Of a DNA stretch of 64,000 nt, positions 18,395-28,508 are shown one piece after another (the first letter of the stretch is position 1; each line of letters begins with the position of its first letter). Position numbers and translations under genes: made by a program. Below the pieces are notes generated by a model that searched no databases, was not told where the DNA came from, and saw only the letters and a program-made list of their open reading frames with translations. Source of the DNA: Candidatus Omnitrophota bacterium (GTDB taxonomy: Bacteria > Omnitrophota > Gorgyraeia > Zapsychrales > Fredricksoniimonadaceae); contig JAGWOI010000008.1 of the NCBI GenBank assembly GCA_028870995.1, positions 3,468 to 67,467 on the forward strand, in the 5' to 3' direction.

Positions 18395-20018
18395 AGCTCT
18401 TCAAGCCCCGTGCCGGCCCCAAGACCTTTTTTTATTGTTCTTGTGGTCAGTGCTGGTGCTTTGGTGGCCGTCATACCTGCACCAGGAACTGAACCTGTTT
18501 GAATGGGGGCTTTACCTGCCCGGCATTGACGCCGTATCCCATGGACTGGTGCCTTACAGGGATTTCTTTCATTTGCGAGGCCCCTTCGAGTTGTACGCGC
18601 CCGCACTGTTCATGAAAATATTCGGTTTCAGGGCCGATGTCCTGGCCGCCTATTTTTATCTGGGCACGGTCCTGACCATCCTGGTATCCATTTTAATCGC
18701 TTATGAACTGATTCCCTCCCGGGCTTTACTGTATTCTTTCGTCTTCATTCTGATCACCCGGACCTTTCCGCGTTCAGTTTTTACTTTCTGGGGAGGGTTG
18801 CGTTATGTATGGGGATTGTTGGCGGTATGGTGCCTGGTGCGCTTCCTTAAAACTAAACGTCCCGGTTGGCTTATGGCAACAGGGTTTTTGGCCGCGATCG
18901 GCGGGGGCACGAGCATTGAGATCGGGGTCATCAGTGTGTTGGCTTTTATAGCGGTCATGGTTTTTGTCCGTGAATACCGGCGGTGGGCCTGGGCATTTTT
19001 GTCCGGGTTCCTGGTAGTCTGTATACCTTATAGCCTGTACCTATTAAGCCAAAATGCCTTTATACCCTATGTCCAGGCTCAGTGGGTGGTGGTGACCCAC
19101 ATGCAAAAAACTTTTTATCAATTAGGGCCGGTACCGGATACCGTGCCCAGATTCCTGCATGCCATGATTTTCCCCTTGGATAAGAATTTTTATAAGGTGA
19201 CGCCTATTTACTGTTATATATTCTTTTTCCCGTTTTATTTTCAGCGCCTGTTTCATAAAAGAGCCGCGCCTCTGGACCATGCGGCCTTGGCGGTCGCGGT
19301 ATATGGGCTGGGCATTTTTTTGACGGGATTCCGTCTGGTGGGGGGGCCTGTTTATGAAATGTCTTTGCAGCCTGAGAAAATAGTTTTGTTTTACTTGTGG
19401 GTGCAAGCTGTCGGCTGGATACGGCAAAAGTATCCTGGATTCAAATGGACCGGGGCCGCGCTGACAGCGGTGGTTGTATTGTCATCCTGCATCTATACCA
19501 TCGGCCGCTTTAAAACGAGATTTTATAAACCTTCCTGGGTCTGTCAATTGATCCAAGATAAGAATAAGGGAAAACAGGAATTGGTCAACGGCCAGCCGGC
19601 TGCGCCTATTGATTTGCCCCGCATCCGCCATATGACCGTGCCCGTATGGCAGGCCAAGGATTTAGAGGAGCTGAGCCGTTTCGTCAATGAACACGTGCCT
19701 GCGCATCAGGCCATATGGATGTATCCGGAGCTTGGCAGCTTGAATTTTATACTCATGAGACCCTGGGTGGGCCGTTTTCCCGTGGCTACGCTGTCCTGGA
19801 TGGATGACGCTTGGTTTGCCGAATATGAGAGCGTCCTCAAAAGTAATCCTCCTAAATTTGCCATTGTCAACAAGGTGATGGCGGACTGTTTTAATAAAGT
19901 CTATTTCTTAGTGCCGGCCAATCGCGTCAAACACGAGAGCATCATGCGATTCCTGAATAAGCACTACAGGATTGTTTATCAAACACCGAGCTATTTTGTA
20001 TACCGGTTTGCGGGTTAA
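18372..20018 (+). CDS. Polytopic membrane protein, probable GT-C glycosyltransferase
   Basis: GLVPYRDFFHLRGP loop, about 11 hydrophobic segments and a soluble C-terminal domain. Confidence 0.6.
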   Translation: MFIERLSKALQAPCRPQDLFLLFLWSVLVLWWPSYLHQELNLFEWGLYLPGIDAVSHGLVPYRDFFHLRGPFELYAPALFMKIFGFRADVLAAYFYLGTVLTILVSILIAYELIPSRALLYSFVFILITRTFPRSVFTFWGGLRYVWGLLAVWCLVRFLKTKRPGWLMATGFLAAIGGGTSIEIGVISVLAFIAVMVFVREYRRWAWAFLSGFLVVCIPYSLYLLSQNAFIPYVQAQWVVVTHMQKTFYQLGPVPDTVPRFLHAMIFPLDKNFYKVTPIYCYIFFFPFYFQRLFHKRAAPLDHAALAVAVYGLGIFLTGFRLVGGPVYEMSLQPEKIVLFYLWVQAVGWIRQKYPGFKWTGAALTAVVVLSSCIYTIGRFKTRFYKPSWVCQLIQDKNKGKQELVNGQPAAPIDLPRIRHMTVPVWQAKDLEELSRFVNEHVPAHQAIWMYPELGSLNFILMRPWVGRFPVATLSWMDDAWFAEYESVLKSNPPKFAIVNKVMADCFNKVYFLVPANRVKHESIMRFLNKHYRIVYQTPSYFVYRFAG

Positions 20019-20022
20019 GAAC

Positions 20023-20862
20023 ATGAAGATCAGCGGTTTTACCATAGTCCGCAATGCGGTCAAATTCAATTATCCGGTTGTGGCTTCCATCCGTTCGATC
20101 CTGCCTATTTGTGACGAGTTTATCGTTAATGTGGGGGACAGCGAGGACGGCACCCTGGATTTGATCCGCTCGATCGGCAGCCCTAAGATCCGTATCATCC
20201 AAAACCGCTGGGACATGGGCCGCGGGTCCCAGGTGCTCTCCGAGCAGACCAACCTGGCGTTAAAAGAATGCCGGGGCGACTGGGCTTTTTATCTGCAAGG
20301 GGATGAGGTCATCCACGAGCAGGATTTAAACAAATTGAAGTTTTGGATGCGTTATTATTTGGACCGGCAGGAGGTGGATGCCCTGCGGTTCAAGTGGCTT
20401 CACTTTTACGGCTCTTTCTGGCGTTACCGTATCGACGCGGGCTGGTATCAAAAGCAGGAGAGGATCATCCGCAACAATGGACAGATCGAATCCTGCGGGG
20501 ACGCCTTCAGCTTCAGGCGTGTCGACGGCGGGAAATTAAGGGTGCGTCCGGTCTTCTGTTTTCTTTATCATTACGGCTGGGTCAATTCCAGCGAAGACAT
20601 GCGTCGGCGATGCGCCAACGCGGCTGAGATCGGTTTTATGGATAAGGACAAGAATAATTCTTTAGACGGTGGGTATGGCGACCTGGGGCGTTTTCCCTCG
20701 TATTTCGGCACGCACCCGTCCGTCATGCATGAGGCTGTGCAAGGGCATCGGCTGAGCCAGGAGGACTTTGGCCATATCCGCAGGGACTCTTGGTGGAATC
20801 CGTTTTTTTGGATGCGGCTGCGGCATAAAACCGGGCAGAGGGTCAAAGAGAAAATCGTTTAA
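20023..20862 (+). CDS. GT2-like glycosyltransferase
   Basis: ISGFTIVRN, GDSEDGT, YLQGDE and HYGWV. Confidence 0.85.
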   Translation: MKISGFTIVRNAVKFNYPVVASIRSILPICDEFIVNVGDSEDGTLDLIRSIGSPKIRIIQNRWDMGRGSQVLSEQTNLALKECRGDWAFYLQGDEVIHEQDLNKLKFWMRYYLDRQEVDALRFKWLHFYGSFWRYRIDAGWYQKQERIIRNNGQIESCGDAFSFRRVDGGKLRVRPVFCFLYHYGWVNSSEDMRRRCANAAEIGFMDKDKNNSLDGGYGDLGRFPSYFGTHPSVMHEAVQGHRLSQEDFGHIRRDSWWNPFFWMRLRHKTGQRVKEKIV

Positions 20863-20875
20863 GAACAGGTCGTAT

Positions 20876-22183
20876 ATGGATACCAATAAAGGTTTTGATT
20901 TCGGATGCGGCTGCGACAAGGTGGTGTTCTTTGCCTTTTGCGCCCTGATTTACTTTTTGCCCATTTCCATTGCCTTGACGGATACGTTTGCCGCACTGGC
21001 AGTGTTTTTCTATCTCCTGAAGAAAATCCACGGGCTTGTCCTTGCATGGCCAGCTCCGGGTAACAGGCTGTTTGATAAAATAAAATATACCGCCCGGGGT
21101 ATGGCCCCGGCACCCAGCATCCTGAAGCGCCCCATCGCCATCCTGGCGCTGGTGACCTTCCTGTCCGTCCTCCAAAGCCAGTTTTTAGGGGTAAGTTTTT
21201 ATGCATTTGGCGGGAAATTCTTAAAATATATATTCATCTATTTCAGTTTTGTCGAAACCTTCGTTACTCCCAAGCGGATGAAAGTTTTTGTGTGGGTTTT
21301 TTTGATTTCCGCGTTTCTTGTTTGCCTCAGCGGAGTGGCCCAGCATATCTACGGGGTGGACTTCTTGGCAGGGCGGCATTTGGCCCCGGACGGCAGGCTT
21401 TCGTCATCGTTTAAATTTCCCAACAGTTTGGGGATTTATCTGGTCGTGGTGCTGGCTGTTGTCGTTCAGCAGTTGTATGTCGAGAGTTTGAGAAAAAGGT
21501 TTTCGTGGACGCTGGGCGGATTGCTTATTTTATTGTTCCTCGCGATGTTCTGCATGACCTGGACCTTTTCCCGTGCGGCCTGGGGGGGATTTATGCTGTC
21601 CCTCTTCTTCCTGATGTTCACCGGCCGGGGCAAGATCCTTTATTTGGTTCTTCTATTGGGGCTTTTTCTGTCCTTCTCCCTGCCGCTTTTGGGCGAAATC
21701 CGGCATGTGGATTTGACGTCAAACAGTCTTCCCCATTTGGGCAATCCTTTTAATTCGATCGGGCATTTCGAAAGCATCGACCGCATCAATTTTTGGAAGA
21801 GCGCCATCTTTATCATCAAAAAATATCCGGCCCTGGGCAGCGGCTTAAATACCTATGCGCTGATGTTAAAGAAATTCTCCCTGCCTAACTGGTATGCCCA
21901 TAACGGCTACCTGCAGATCGGCGCTGAAACCGGACTCGTAGGACTGTCCTGCTTTTTATGGATGTTGTTCGTATTGTTCCGTCAGGGGATCAAGGGGATT
22001 GGCATCGGCATGGGCTCGTGGTCGAACATTCTGCTCCAGGCTGGCCTGGCTGGTTTATTGGGATTCTTAGGAGAGAGCTTTTTCGATAACTCCCTGGTCT
22101 CTGTCCAGTTGGCGGTTTTATTTTGGCTGATGACGGGTTTCACCGTGGCCGTCCTGAATTTAAACAATAAGAATGAAGGCTGA
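20876..22183 (+). CDS. waaL: O-antigen ligase family protein
   Basis: Multi-TM; FKFPN, TFSRAAW, GSGLNTY and AHNGYLQ. Confidence 0.85.
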   Translation: MDTNKGFDFGCGCDKVVFFAFCALIYFLPISIALTDTFAALAVFFYLLKKIHGLVLAWPAPGNRLFDKIKYTARGMAPAPSILKRPIAILALVTFLSVLQSQFLGVSFYAFGGKFLKYIFIYFSFVETFVTPKRMKVFVWVFLISAFLVCLSGVAQHIYGVDFLAGRHLAPDGRLSSSFKFPNSLGIYLVVVLAVVVQQLYVESLRKRFSWTLGGLLILLFLAMFCMTWTFSRAAWGGFMLSLFFLMFTGRGKILYLVLLLGLFLSFSLPLLGEIRHVDLTSNSLPHLGNPFNSIGHFESIDRINFWKSAIFIIKKYPALGSGLNTYALMLKKFSLPNWYAHNGYLQIGAETGLVGLSCFLWMLFVLFRQGIKGIGIGMGSWSNILLQAGLAGLLGFLGESFFDNSLVSVQLAVLFWLMTGFTVAVLNLNNKNEG

Positions 22184-23250
22184 TGGATTACCGCAAGATC
22201 CTTATCATCAATCCCTACGGCATCGGGGATGTTTTATTCACCACCCCCGTCATTAGAAATCTGCGTTTGGCGTTTCCCAAAGCTGCGATCGGTTACCTGG
22301 CCAATGCACGGACGGCCAGCTTCCTTAAAGCCGATGGCGATATAACCCGTGTTTTTGTTTATGAGCGCGACGAATTTGTCCAAGCCTATCGCCAGAATCC
22401 CTTAAAATTTGCGCGCAAGTGGTTTGAGCTTTTTCAAACCATTAAACAGGAGGCCTTCGACCTGGCCCTCGATTTTTCCATGAACAGCACCTTCGGATTT
22501 CTGACAGCAGCCTGCGGGATCAAGGAACGGGTTGGGTTCGATTATAAGAAACGCGGCCGGTTCCTGACTGACCGTCTTCCTTTTGAGGGTTACCAAGGGA
22601 AGCATGTCATCGAACACCAGTTGGATTTGCTGCGCTATTTGCAGATACCAGTGGCGACCAATCGCATGAGCCTCGCCATCCCTTACGGAGACATCCAATG
22701 GGCCCGCCAATGGGTCTTGCAGCAGGGTATCGACTCATCCAAACCTTTGATAGGGGTGGTACCGGGCGCCGGCGCCAGTTGGGGCAAAAACGCCGGGTTT
22801 AGGCGGTGGGCTGGGTCTAAATATGCAGAATTATTGGATAAAATTATTGAAAATTTCGACGCTGCCGTTATACTGATGGGAGATTCAACCGAACAAGAGT
22901 TGTGCAGGGACCTTGCCGTTCAAGTGCATTTTCCGCTTTATTCCGCCACAGGCCAAACCACTTTGACCCGTATGGCGGCGTTGATGGCGCGATGCCGCTT
23001 AGTCCTCGTCAATGACGGAGGGCCCTTGCATGTGGCGGTGGCCTCGGGCGTCAAGACTGTTTCCATTTTCGGCCCCCAAGACCACTTGATTTACGGCCCT
23101 TATCCTGCACAAGGCCATGTGGTGGTCAGGAAAGAGTTGCCGTGCCAGCCGTGTTACCGGCGGTTCCGCATGGCCCGCTGCGAACACATCAATTGTTTGA
23201 AAGAATTATCCGTCGAAGAAGTTTATAGAAAGGTTGCCGACATCCTATGA
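22183..23250 (+). CDS. GT9 LPS heptosyltransferase (WaaF/WaaQ-like)
   Basis: GIGDVLFTTP, NDGGPLHVA, SIFGP and CQPC..C..C tail. Confidence 0.9.
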   Translation: MDYRKILIINPYGIGDVLFTTPVIRNLRLAFPKAAIGYLANARTASFLKADGDITRVFVYERDEFVQAYRQNPLKFARKWFELFQTIKQEAFDLALDFSMNSTFGFLTAACGIKERVGFDYKKRGRFLTDRLPFEGYQGKHVIEHQLDLLRYLQIPVATNRMSLAIPYGDIQWARQWVLQQGIDSSKPLIGVVPGAGASWGKNAGFRRWAGSKYAELLDKIIENFDAAVILMGDSTEQELCRDLAVQVHFPLYSATGQTTLTRMAALMARCRLVLVNDGGPLHVAVASGVKTVSIFGPQDHLIYGPYPAQGHVVVRKELPCQPCYRRFRMARCEHINCLKELSVEEVYRKVADIL

Positions 23251-24347
23251 GTATTCCCTTCATTGATTTCAGAGAACAGAACCGCCTGATCGCCGCCGAG
23301 GTCGATACGGGCTTTAAGAAAGTATTTGAAAAAGGCGACTATATTCTGGGCGAACAGGCCCGTCTTTTTGAGGAGGCTTTCGCCCGTTACTGTGAAGCCA
23401 AACATGGCGTGGGCGTCAATTCGGGCACCGACGCGCTGCACCTGGCTTTGCTGGCGCTTGGCATCGACGAGAACGATGAAGTGATCCTGCCCACGCATAC
23501 CTTTATCGCCACGGCTTTGTGCGTCTCTTTCTGCCGGGCCAAGCCGGTCTTCGTGGATGTCGAACCGGACACTTATAACATCGATCCCGAAGCTTTCCGC
23601 AAGGCGATCACCAAGAAAACCAAGGCGGTTATCCCCGTACATATTTACGGCCAGCCGGCCAATATGGATGAGATCACCTCCATCGCCCGCGAGCACGGTA
23701 TCAAGGTCGTCGAGGACGCCGCTCAAGCGCACGGCTCCCGGTATAAGAACCGCAGGGTGGGATCATTGGGCGATGTGGCGTGCTTTTCTTTTTATCCCAC
23801 CAAGAGCCTTGGCGCTTGCGGGGATGCAGGCATGATCGTCACCAGCGATAAGGGGATTTATGAAAGGGCCCTGATGCTGCGCGATTATGGCCGCCAGGGC
23901 CGGTACGAGCATAAAATCAAGGGCACTAATTCCCGCCTGGATACGATCCAAGCGGTGATCCTTAACGCCAAGCTGAAACATTTGGACCAATGGAACCAGA
24001 TGCGCGCCAAGAATGCGGCTGCCTATGCGGAGCTTTTAAAGCCTTTGAAGGATGTGGTGGCGCCGGTGACCAAGCCGGACCGCACGCACGTCTTTCAGAC
24101 CTATGCCGTTCTTGTCCCTAACCGCGACAAGGTGATGGAGGCCATGAAGGCCCAAGGCATTGGCGTGCTGATCCATTATCCCATCGGTTTGCATTTGCAG
24201 GAGGCCTATGCGGAATTGGGTTATAAAAAAGGAGATTTCCCCGTGGCTGAGAAGGTGGCGGATCAGGTCATGAGCCTGCCCATGTTTCCCCATATGACCA
24301 GGGAACAGGTTGAGACGGTGGTGGCAGCTTTGAAAAAATCTTTATAA
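23247..24347 (+). CDS. DegT/DnrJ/EryC1 sugar aminotransferase
   Basis: NSGTDAL, EDAAQAHG, SFYPTKSLG (catalytic Lys) and NSRLD. Confidence 0.93.
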   Translation: MSIPFIDFREQNRLIAAEVDTGFKKVFEKGDYILGEQARLFEEAFARYCEAKHGVGVNSGTDALHLALLALGIDENDEVILPTHTFIATALCVSFCRAKPVFVDVEPDTYNIDPEAFRKAITKKTKAVIPVHIYGQPANMDEITSIAREHGIKVVEDAAQAHGSRYKNRRVGSLGDVACFSFYPTKSLGACGDAGMIVTSDKGIYERALMLRDYGRQGRYEHKIKGTNSRLDTIQAVILNAKLKHLDQWNQMRAKNAAAYAELLKPLKDVVAPVTKPDRTHVFQTYAVLVPNRDKVMEAMKAQGIGVLIHYPIGLHLQEAYAELGYKKGDFPVAEKVADQVMSLPMFPHMTREQVETVVAALKKSL

Positions 24348-24348
24348 C

Positions 24349-25155
24349 ATGGCCCCTTTAAGTGTCGTCATCATCGCCAAGAATGAAGCCGGCCGCATCA
24401 AGGACTGCATCGAAAGTGTGCATGAATGGGCCGATGAGATCGTGGTGATCGACGATGAGAGCACCGACAACACCCGCGCCATTGCCTTGAAATACACTCC
24501 GGCCATTTACAGCCGCCGGATGGAGCTGGAGGGCAAGCAGCGTAATTTCGCCGCCTCACAGGCCAAGAACGACTGGATCATGCTCTTGGACTGCGATGAG
24601 CGCCCGACCCCGGAGCTTAAGGAAGAGATCGCGGCGGTGCTTAAAGAGCCGGATCCTAAGATCGCCGCCTATTGGGCGCCGCAGATCAATTATTTGGGCG
24701 ACATGCCGCTGCTGCACGGCGGATGGTCGAGCCCGCATATTCGTTTGTATAACAAGAATCGCATGTCATGGTCGGAAGCGGTTTATGATGTCATCCATCC
24801 GGGCATCAAGACCAAGGAAGGCTTCCGCGGAGGCCATTTGAAATCCGCCACCATCCATTATAGTTTCCGTAATGTCGAGGACCTGGTGGCCAAGATCAAC
24901 CGGTATTCGACCATGGAAGCCTTCAAGTGGTACATGGACAAACGGGATATGCCTTTGATCAAGGCTTTGTGGCGCGCCTGGGACCGTTTTTTCCGGAGAC
25001 TCGTTGCTAAAAAAGGTTACAAGGACGGTTATTTTGGTTTCGTGGCGGCGGTGGTCAGCAGTTTCAATGAGTTGGCGGTTTACAGCAAGTACAGGGAAAT
25101 GAAGGAAAAGGGACATTACCTGGACCGGTTTAAAGCCAAGGGCCTGATAGCATGA
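24349..25155 (+). CDS. GT2 glycosyltransferase (WaaE/KdtX-like)
   Basis: SVVIIAKNE, DDESTD, QRN, LDCDE and KINRYS. Confidence 0.9.
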   Translation: MAPLSVVIIAKNEAGRIKDCIESVHEWADEIVVIDDESTDNTRAIALKYTPAIYSRRMELEGKQRNFAASQAKNDWIMLLDCDERPTPELKEEIAAVLKEPDPKIAAYWAPQINYLGDMPLLHGGWSSPHIRLYNKNRMSWSEAVYDVIHPGIKTKEGFRGGHLKSATIHYSFRNVEDLVAKINRYSTMEAFKWYMDKRDMPLIKALWRAWDRFFRRLVAKKGYKDGYFGFVAAVVSSFNELAVYSKYREMKEKGHYLDRFKAKGLIA

Positions 25156-25739
25156 AGGTCGTTTTTTTGGACAGAGACGGGGTCATCAACAAATTCCCGG
25201 GCAACGGCGCCTATGTGACCAAGGTCAAGGATTTTCATTTCATCCCCGGCTCCGTCGAAGCTATCCGGGATTTGACCCAAAGCGGGCATAAAATTTTTGT
25301 CATCTCCAACCAGGCCGGTGTGGGCAAGGGGGTTTACTCACGGCACAAACTCCAGCGCATCGACGCCAAAATGATCAAAGGTGTCGAAAAGGCCGGCGGC
25401 AGGATCCGCAAAAGCTTTTATTGCACCCATCGTTCCGACGCCGGCTGTGATTGCCGCAAGCCCGGCATAGGGATGCTTAAAAAAGCCTTGAAGTCCCTCA
25501 ACAAGACCATTGCCCACGCCCAGAAGGCCTTTTTCGTCGGCGACACCGAGGGAGACATCAAGACCGGGCATAATGCCGGTTGCAAGACCATTTTTGTGCT
25601 TTCAGGCCGGGAAAACCGCCGGTACATGCGCAAGTGGACCGTCAAACCCGATCATATCGTCAAGGATTTGAAGGCCGCCGCTTCGATCATTCAACATGCG
25701 AATTCTAATCATTCACGCAACAGCCGGCGCGGGGCATAA
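25152..25739 (+). CDS. gmhB: D,D-heptose 1,7-bisphosphate phosphatase (HAD IIIA)
   Basis: FLDRDGVIN, SNQAG, CTH..CDCRKP and VGD. Confidence 0.88.
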   Translation: MKVVFLDRDGVINKFPGNGAYVTKVKDFHFIPGSVEAIRDLTQSGHKIFVISNQAGVGKGVYSRHKLQRIDAKMIKGVEKAGGRIRKSFYCTHRSDAGCDCRKPGIGMLKKALKSLNKTIAHAQKAFFVGDTEGDIKTGHNAGCKTIFVLSGRENRRYMRKWTVKPDHIVKDLKAAASIIQHANSNHSRNSRRGA

Positions 25740-26784
25740 AAAAGCCGCCGAGGCGGTCTTCCGGGGGCTTGAGTCCCAAGGCGGACACCAGGTTATCTTT
25801 GCCGACGCGCTGGATTACACCAATCCTTTCTTCAAAAAGTCTTATCCGTGGGTGTATACCTTTATGGTCACACGCCTGCCCTGGGCATGGGGCTTTTTCT
25901 TCGGACTGCTCGACAGACCCTGGATGCAGCCGCTGCTTGCCCTGGCCCGCCGCCTGTACAATGGCTTTAATGCCGCCCCTTTACAGCAATGGCTCATCAA
26001 AGAACAATTTGACGTGATCATTGCCACGCATTTTTTGTCGGCGGAAGTGGGCGCCTATCTTAAAAGGGAAGGCAAGATCAAATCCAGGCTCATCTGTGTG
26101 GTGACGGACTTTGATGCCCATCGCATTTGGGTCAACAGGGGCACGGATATTTATACCGCGGCGTGTGAATACACAAAGAACAAGCTTGAGAGCCTCGGGG
26201 TTTCTCCCGATAAGATCTTCATCACCGGCATACCGACTGACCCCAAATTCAACCTGACGCAGGACAAGACCGCCTTAAAGAAGAAACTGGGGATCCAGGA
26301 GAATCTATTGACTATCTTGATCGCCACCGGCTCTTTCGGGATGGGGCCGATCGAACAATTGGCCGGACTGCTGAAAGACTATCAGCTGCTCATCGTTTGC
26401 GGGCATAACCGCAGCCTTTATGAACAATTAAAACCATTAATGCAAAAGGACGGACATGTGCTGGTCCTGGGCCTGGTCGATAACATGCATGAATTGATGT
26501 CGGTCGCTGATATGATGGTCACCAAGCCCGGCGGGCTCTCCATTGCGGAAGCCCTGGTCAAGAACCTGCCCATGATATTCTTCAGCGCCATTCCCGGCCA
26601 GGAGACCAACAATATCAAGGTCCTGGCCAGTTATCAGGCCGCCCAGGGACAGTGTTCCCTGGACCAGATTGTCAAGACCGTCCGGGAATGGCATTCCCAT
26701 CCACAACAATTAGCGGCGCTGCGCGGGCGGCTGGCGGCCCTGGCGCATCCCCGTGCCGTTGTCGATATAATCTCTCTGATATGA
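25696..26784 (+). CDS. MGDG synthase/UgtP-like glycosyltransferase (GT28)
   Basis: GAGH..AA, ATHF, VVTDF..H..W, TKPGGLS and PGQE. Confidence 0.88.
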   Translation: MRILIIHATAGAGHKKAAEAVFRGLESQGGHQVIFADALDYTNPFFKKSYPWVYTFMVTRLPWAWGFFFGLLDRPWMQPLLALARRLYNGFNAAPLQQWLIKEQFDVIIATHFLSAEVGAYLKREGKIKSRLICVVTDFDAHRIWVNRGTDIYTAACEYTKNKLESLGVSPDKIFITGIPTDPKFNLTQDKTALKKKLGIQENLLTILIATGSFGMGPIEQLAGLLKDYQLLIVCGHNRSLYEQLKPLMQKDGHVLVLGLVDNMHELMSVADMMVTKPGGLSIAEALVKNLPMIFFSAIPGQETNNIKVLASYQAAQGQCSLDQIVKTVREWHSHPQQLAALRGRLAALAHPRAVVDIISLI

Positions 26785-28499
26785 TCGCACAGGTGGCCTT
26801 CGACCTGCCCCTCGAGGGGCCTTTTGATTATCTCATTCCGGAGCCTCTGGCCTCCCGGGTGGCTGTAGGCTGCCGGGTCAGGGTTTCCTTTGGATTCCGT
26901 CCCAAAACCGGATTTGTGGTGGGGTTATTGGCACAAAGCGCCCTGCCTAAACTAAAACCGGTCCTGGCAGTGGAGGACAGCGGTAATTTTAATGATCTGG
27001 ACCTTCAGTTTGCCAGAAGTTTCAGCGCCTATTACGGCTGCAGCCTTGGAGAGACCCTGGCTGCCACTTTAAGGAATAAGCAGGAGGCCGGACCTTCCGT
27101 CCGGCGGGAAGGCTCGCCGCGCTTTGTTTTATGCCGCTGCAGCCCGGCGGATTACGCCGCCCGGATCCGGGCGGTCAGGGAAGGGTACAAAAAAGGGCGT
27201 TTTTTAATCCTGGTCCCTGATGCCTTCAGGGGCCGGATGCTTTCTTCCGCGGTCGACGGAGAGGTCAAGATGGGCACCCGTTCGCTGGTGTTCGAAACCG
27301 ACGGCCGTTATGACTGTGTCATCATGGTGGATGAAGAGGATGCCTCCTACAAGCAAGAGCAAAGCCCCATGTATGAGACCCGTCAGGTGCTCTTGCAGCG
27401 TGCCGCCATTTATGGGTTCGATGTGGCCTTTGTGGGGATTACACCGTCGGTGGAATTGATGGCTTTGGTGCGCGAAGGCAAGATCCAAGAACTTGAGGCG
27501 GCCCGCGTTGATGTTCCCACGGTCAGGTTGGTGGACTTGTCCAATTACAAATTTATTCCAGGCCTGGTCTCTCCGCCGGTGCGGGAAGCCCTGGAAAATG
27601 CCTTGAAGGCGGGGCAGAAGGGGCTTTTGATCTTAAACCGTAAAGGTTCCTACCGCCTGACCCGCTGTGTGGATTGCGCCGAGATCCTCAAATGCGAACG
27701 CTGCGACAGTCCTCTTTATTTTTCAAGGGCCGAGGGCAAATACCTCTGCCGCCATTGCCCATTCACGGCCCCCGGCGACACCGTATGTCCCAAATGCCAA
27801 AACCAAAGCTGGCGTTCGCAGGGCATCGGCGTCGAGCAGGTCCAGGCGGAATTAAAGAAAATATTCCCGACAGCGCGGATCGCCGCTTTCGAGCGCGAGA
27901 CAAAATCTTCGGCACGCCGGCAAGAGGTGGACGCCCGTGCCGATATCCTGATAGCCACCCAGGCAGCCTTACGCTTTCAGGGACAATGGCAGGCCGGGGT
28001 CGCCGCATTTATCGATTTTGACAGTCAGCTAAACCGTCTGGACATGTCTGCCGGCTTTAAGGCCTTCAGTCTGACCTTGCATATCGGCGGCATGGCCCAG
28101 ACTGTGTTCATCCAGACCCGTAACATCAATCATCATGTGCTTCAATGCCTTGCCCGGGCTGATATGGGGGGATTTTACGACGAAGAATTGAAATTAAGGC
28201 AGGAATTGGGCTTCAGCCCCTTTAAACACTGGGTCAAAATAAGCTGGCGCGGGCCATCGGAAAAATCAACCCACCAAGCGGCCTGTCATGTGTATAATGA
28301 ACTGGCAAAGGCGGCTCCCCAAGTTTGTTTGATCACCGAACCGGCCGCTGAAGCGGTGGCCCGCAAGCGGGGCCAGTTTCGTTTTCAGGTGATGGTGCAG
28401 GCCGATGAGGTGCCGCCTGCCGTGGCCTTCATCAAATCAGCCATCGCCAGGGTCAAACGGACCAGCGGGGTGATTACGACGATCAATGTCGATCCGTGA
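26781..28499 (+). CDS. priA: Primosomal protein N', shortened, with degenerate helicase motifs
   Basis: N-terminal FDY..GCRVRVSFG domain, DEEDASYKQ, LNRKG, four CxxC pairs and C-terminal domain; located before fmt. Confidence 0.85.
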   Translation: MIAQVAFDLPLEGPFDYLIPEPLASRVAVGCRVRVSFGFRPKTGFVVGLLAQSALPKLKPVLAVEDSGNFNDLDLQFARSFSAYYGCSLGETLAATLRNKQEAGPSVRREGSPRFVLCRCSPADYAARIRAVREGYKKGRFLILVPDAFRGRMLSSAVDGEVKMGTRSLVFETDGRYDCVIMVDEEDASYKQEQSPMYETRQVLLQRAAIYGFDVAFVGITPSVELMALVREGKIQELEAARVDVPTVRLVDLSNYKFIPGLVSPPVREALENALKAGQKGLLILNRKGSYRLTRCVDCAEILKCERCDSPLYFSRAEGKYLCRHCPFTAPGDTVCPKCQNQSWRSQGIGVEQVQAELKKIFPTARIAAFERETKSSARRQEVDARADILIATQAALRFQGQWQAGVAAFIDFDSQLNRLDMSAGFKAFSLTLHIGGMAQTVFIQTRNINHHVLQCLARADMGGFYDEELKLRQELGFSPFKHWVKISWRGPSEKSTHQAACHVYNELAKAAPQVCLITEPAAEAVARKRGQFRFQVMVQADEVPPAVAFIKSAIARVKRTSGVITTINVDP

Positions 28500-28508
28500 A
28501 AGGAACCG

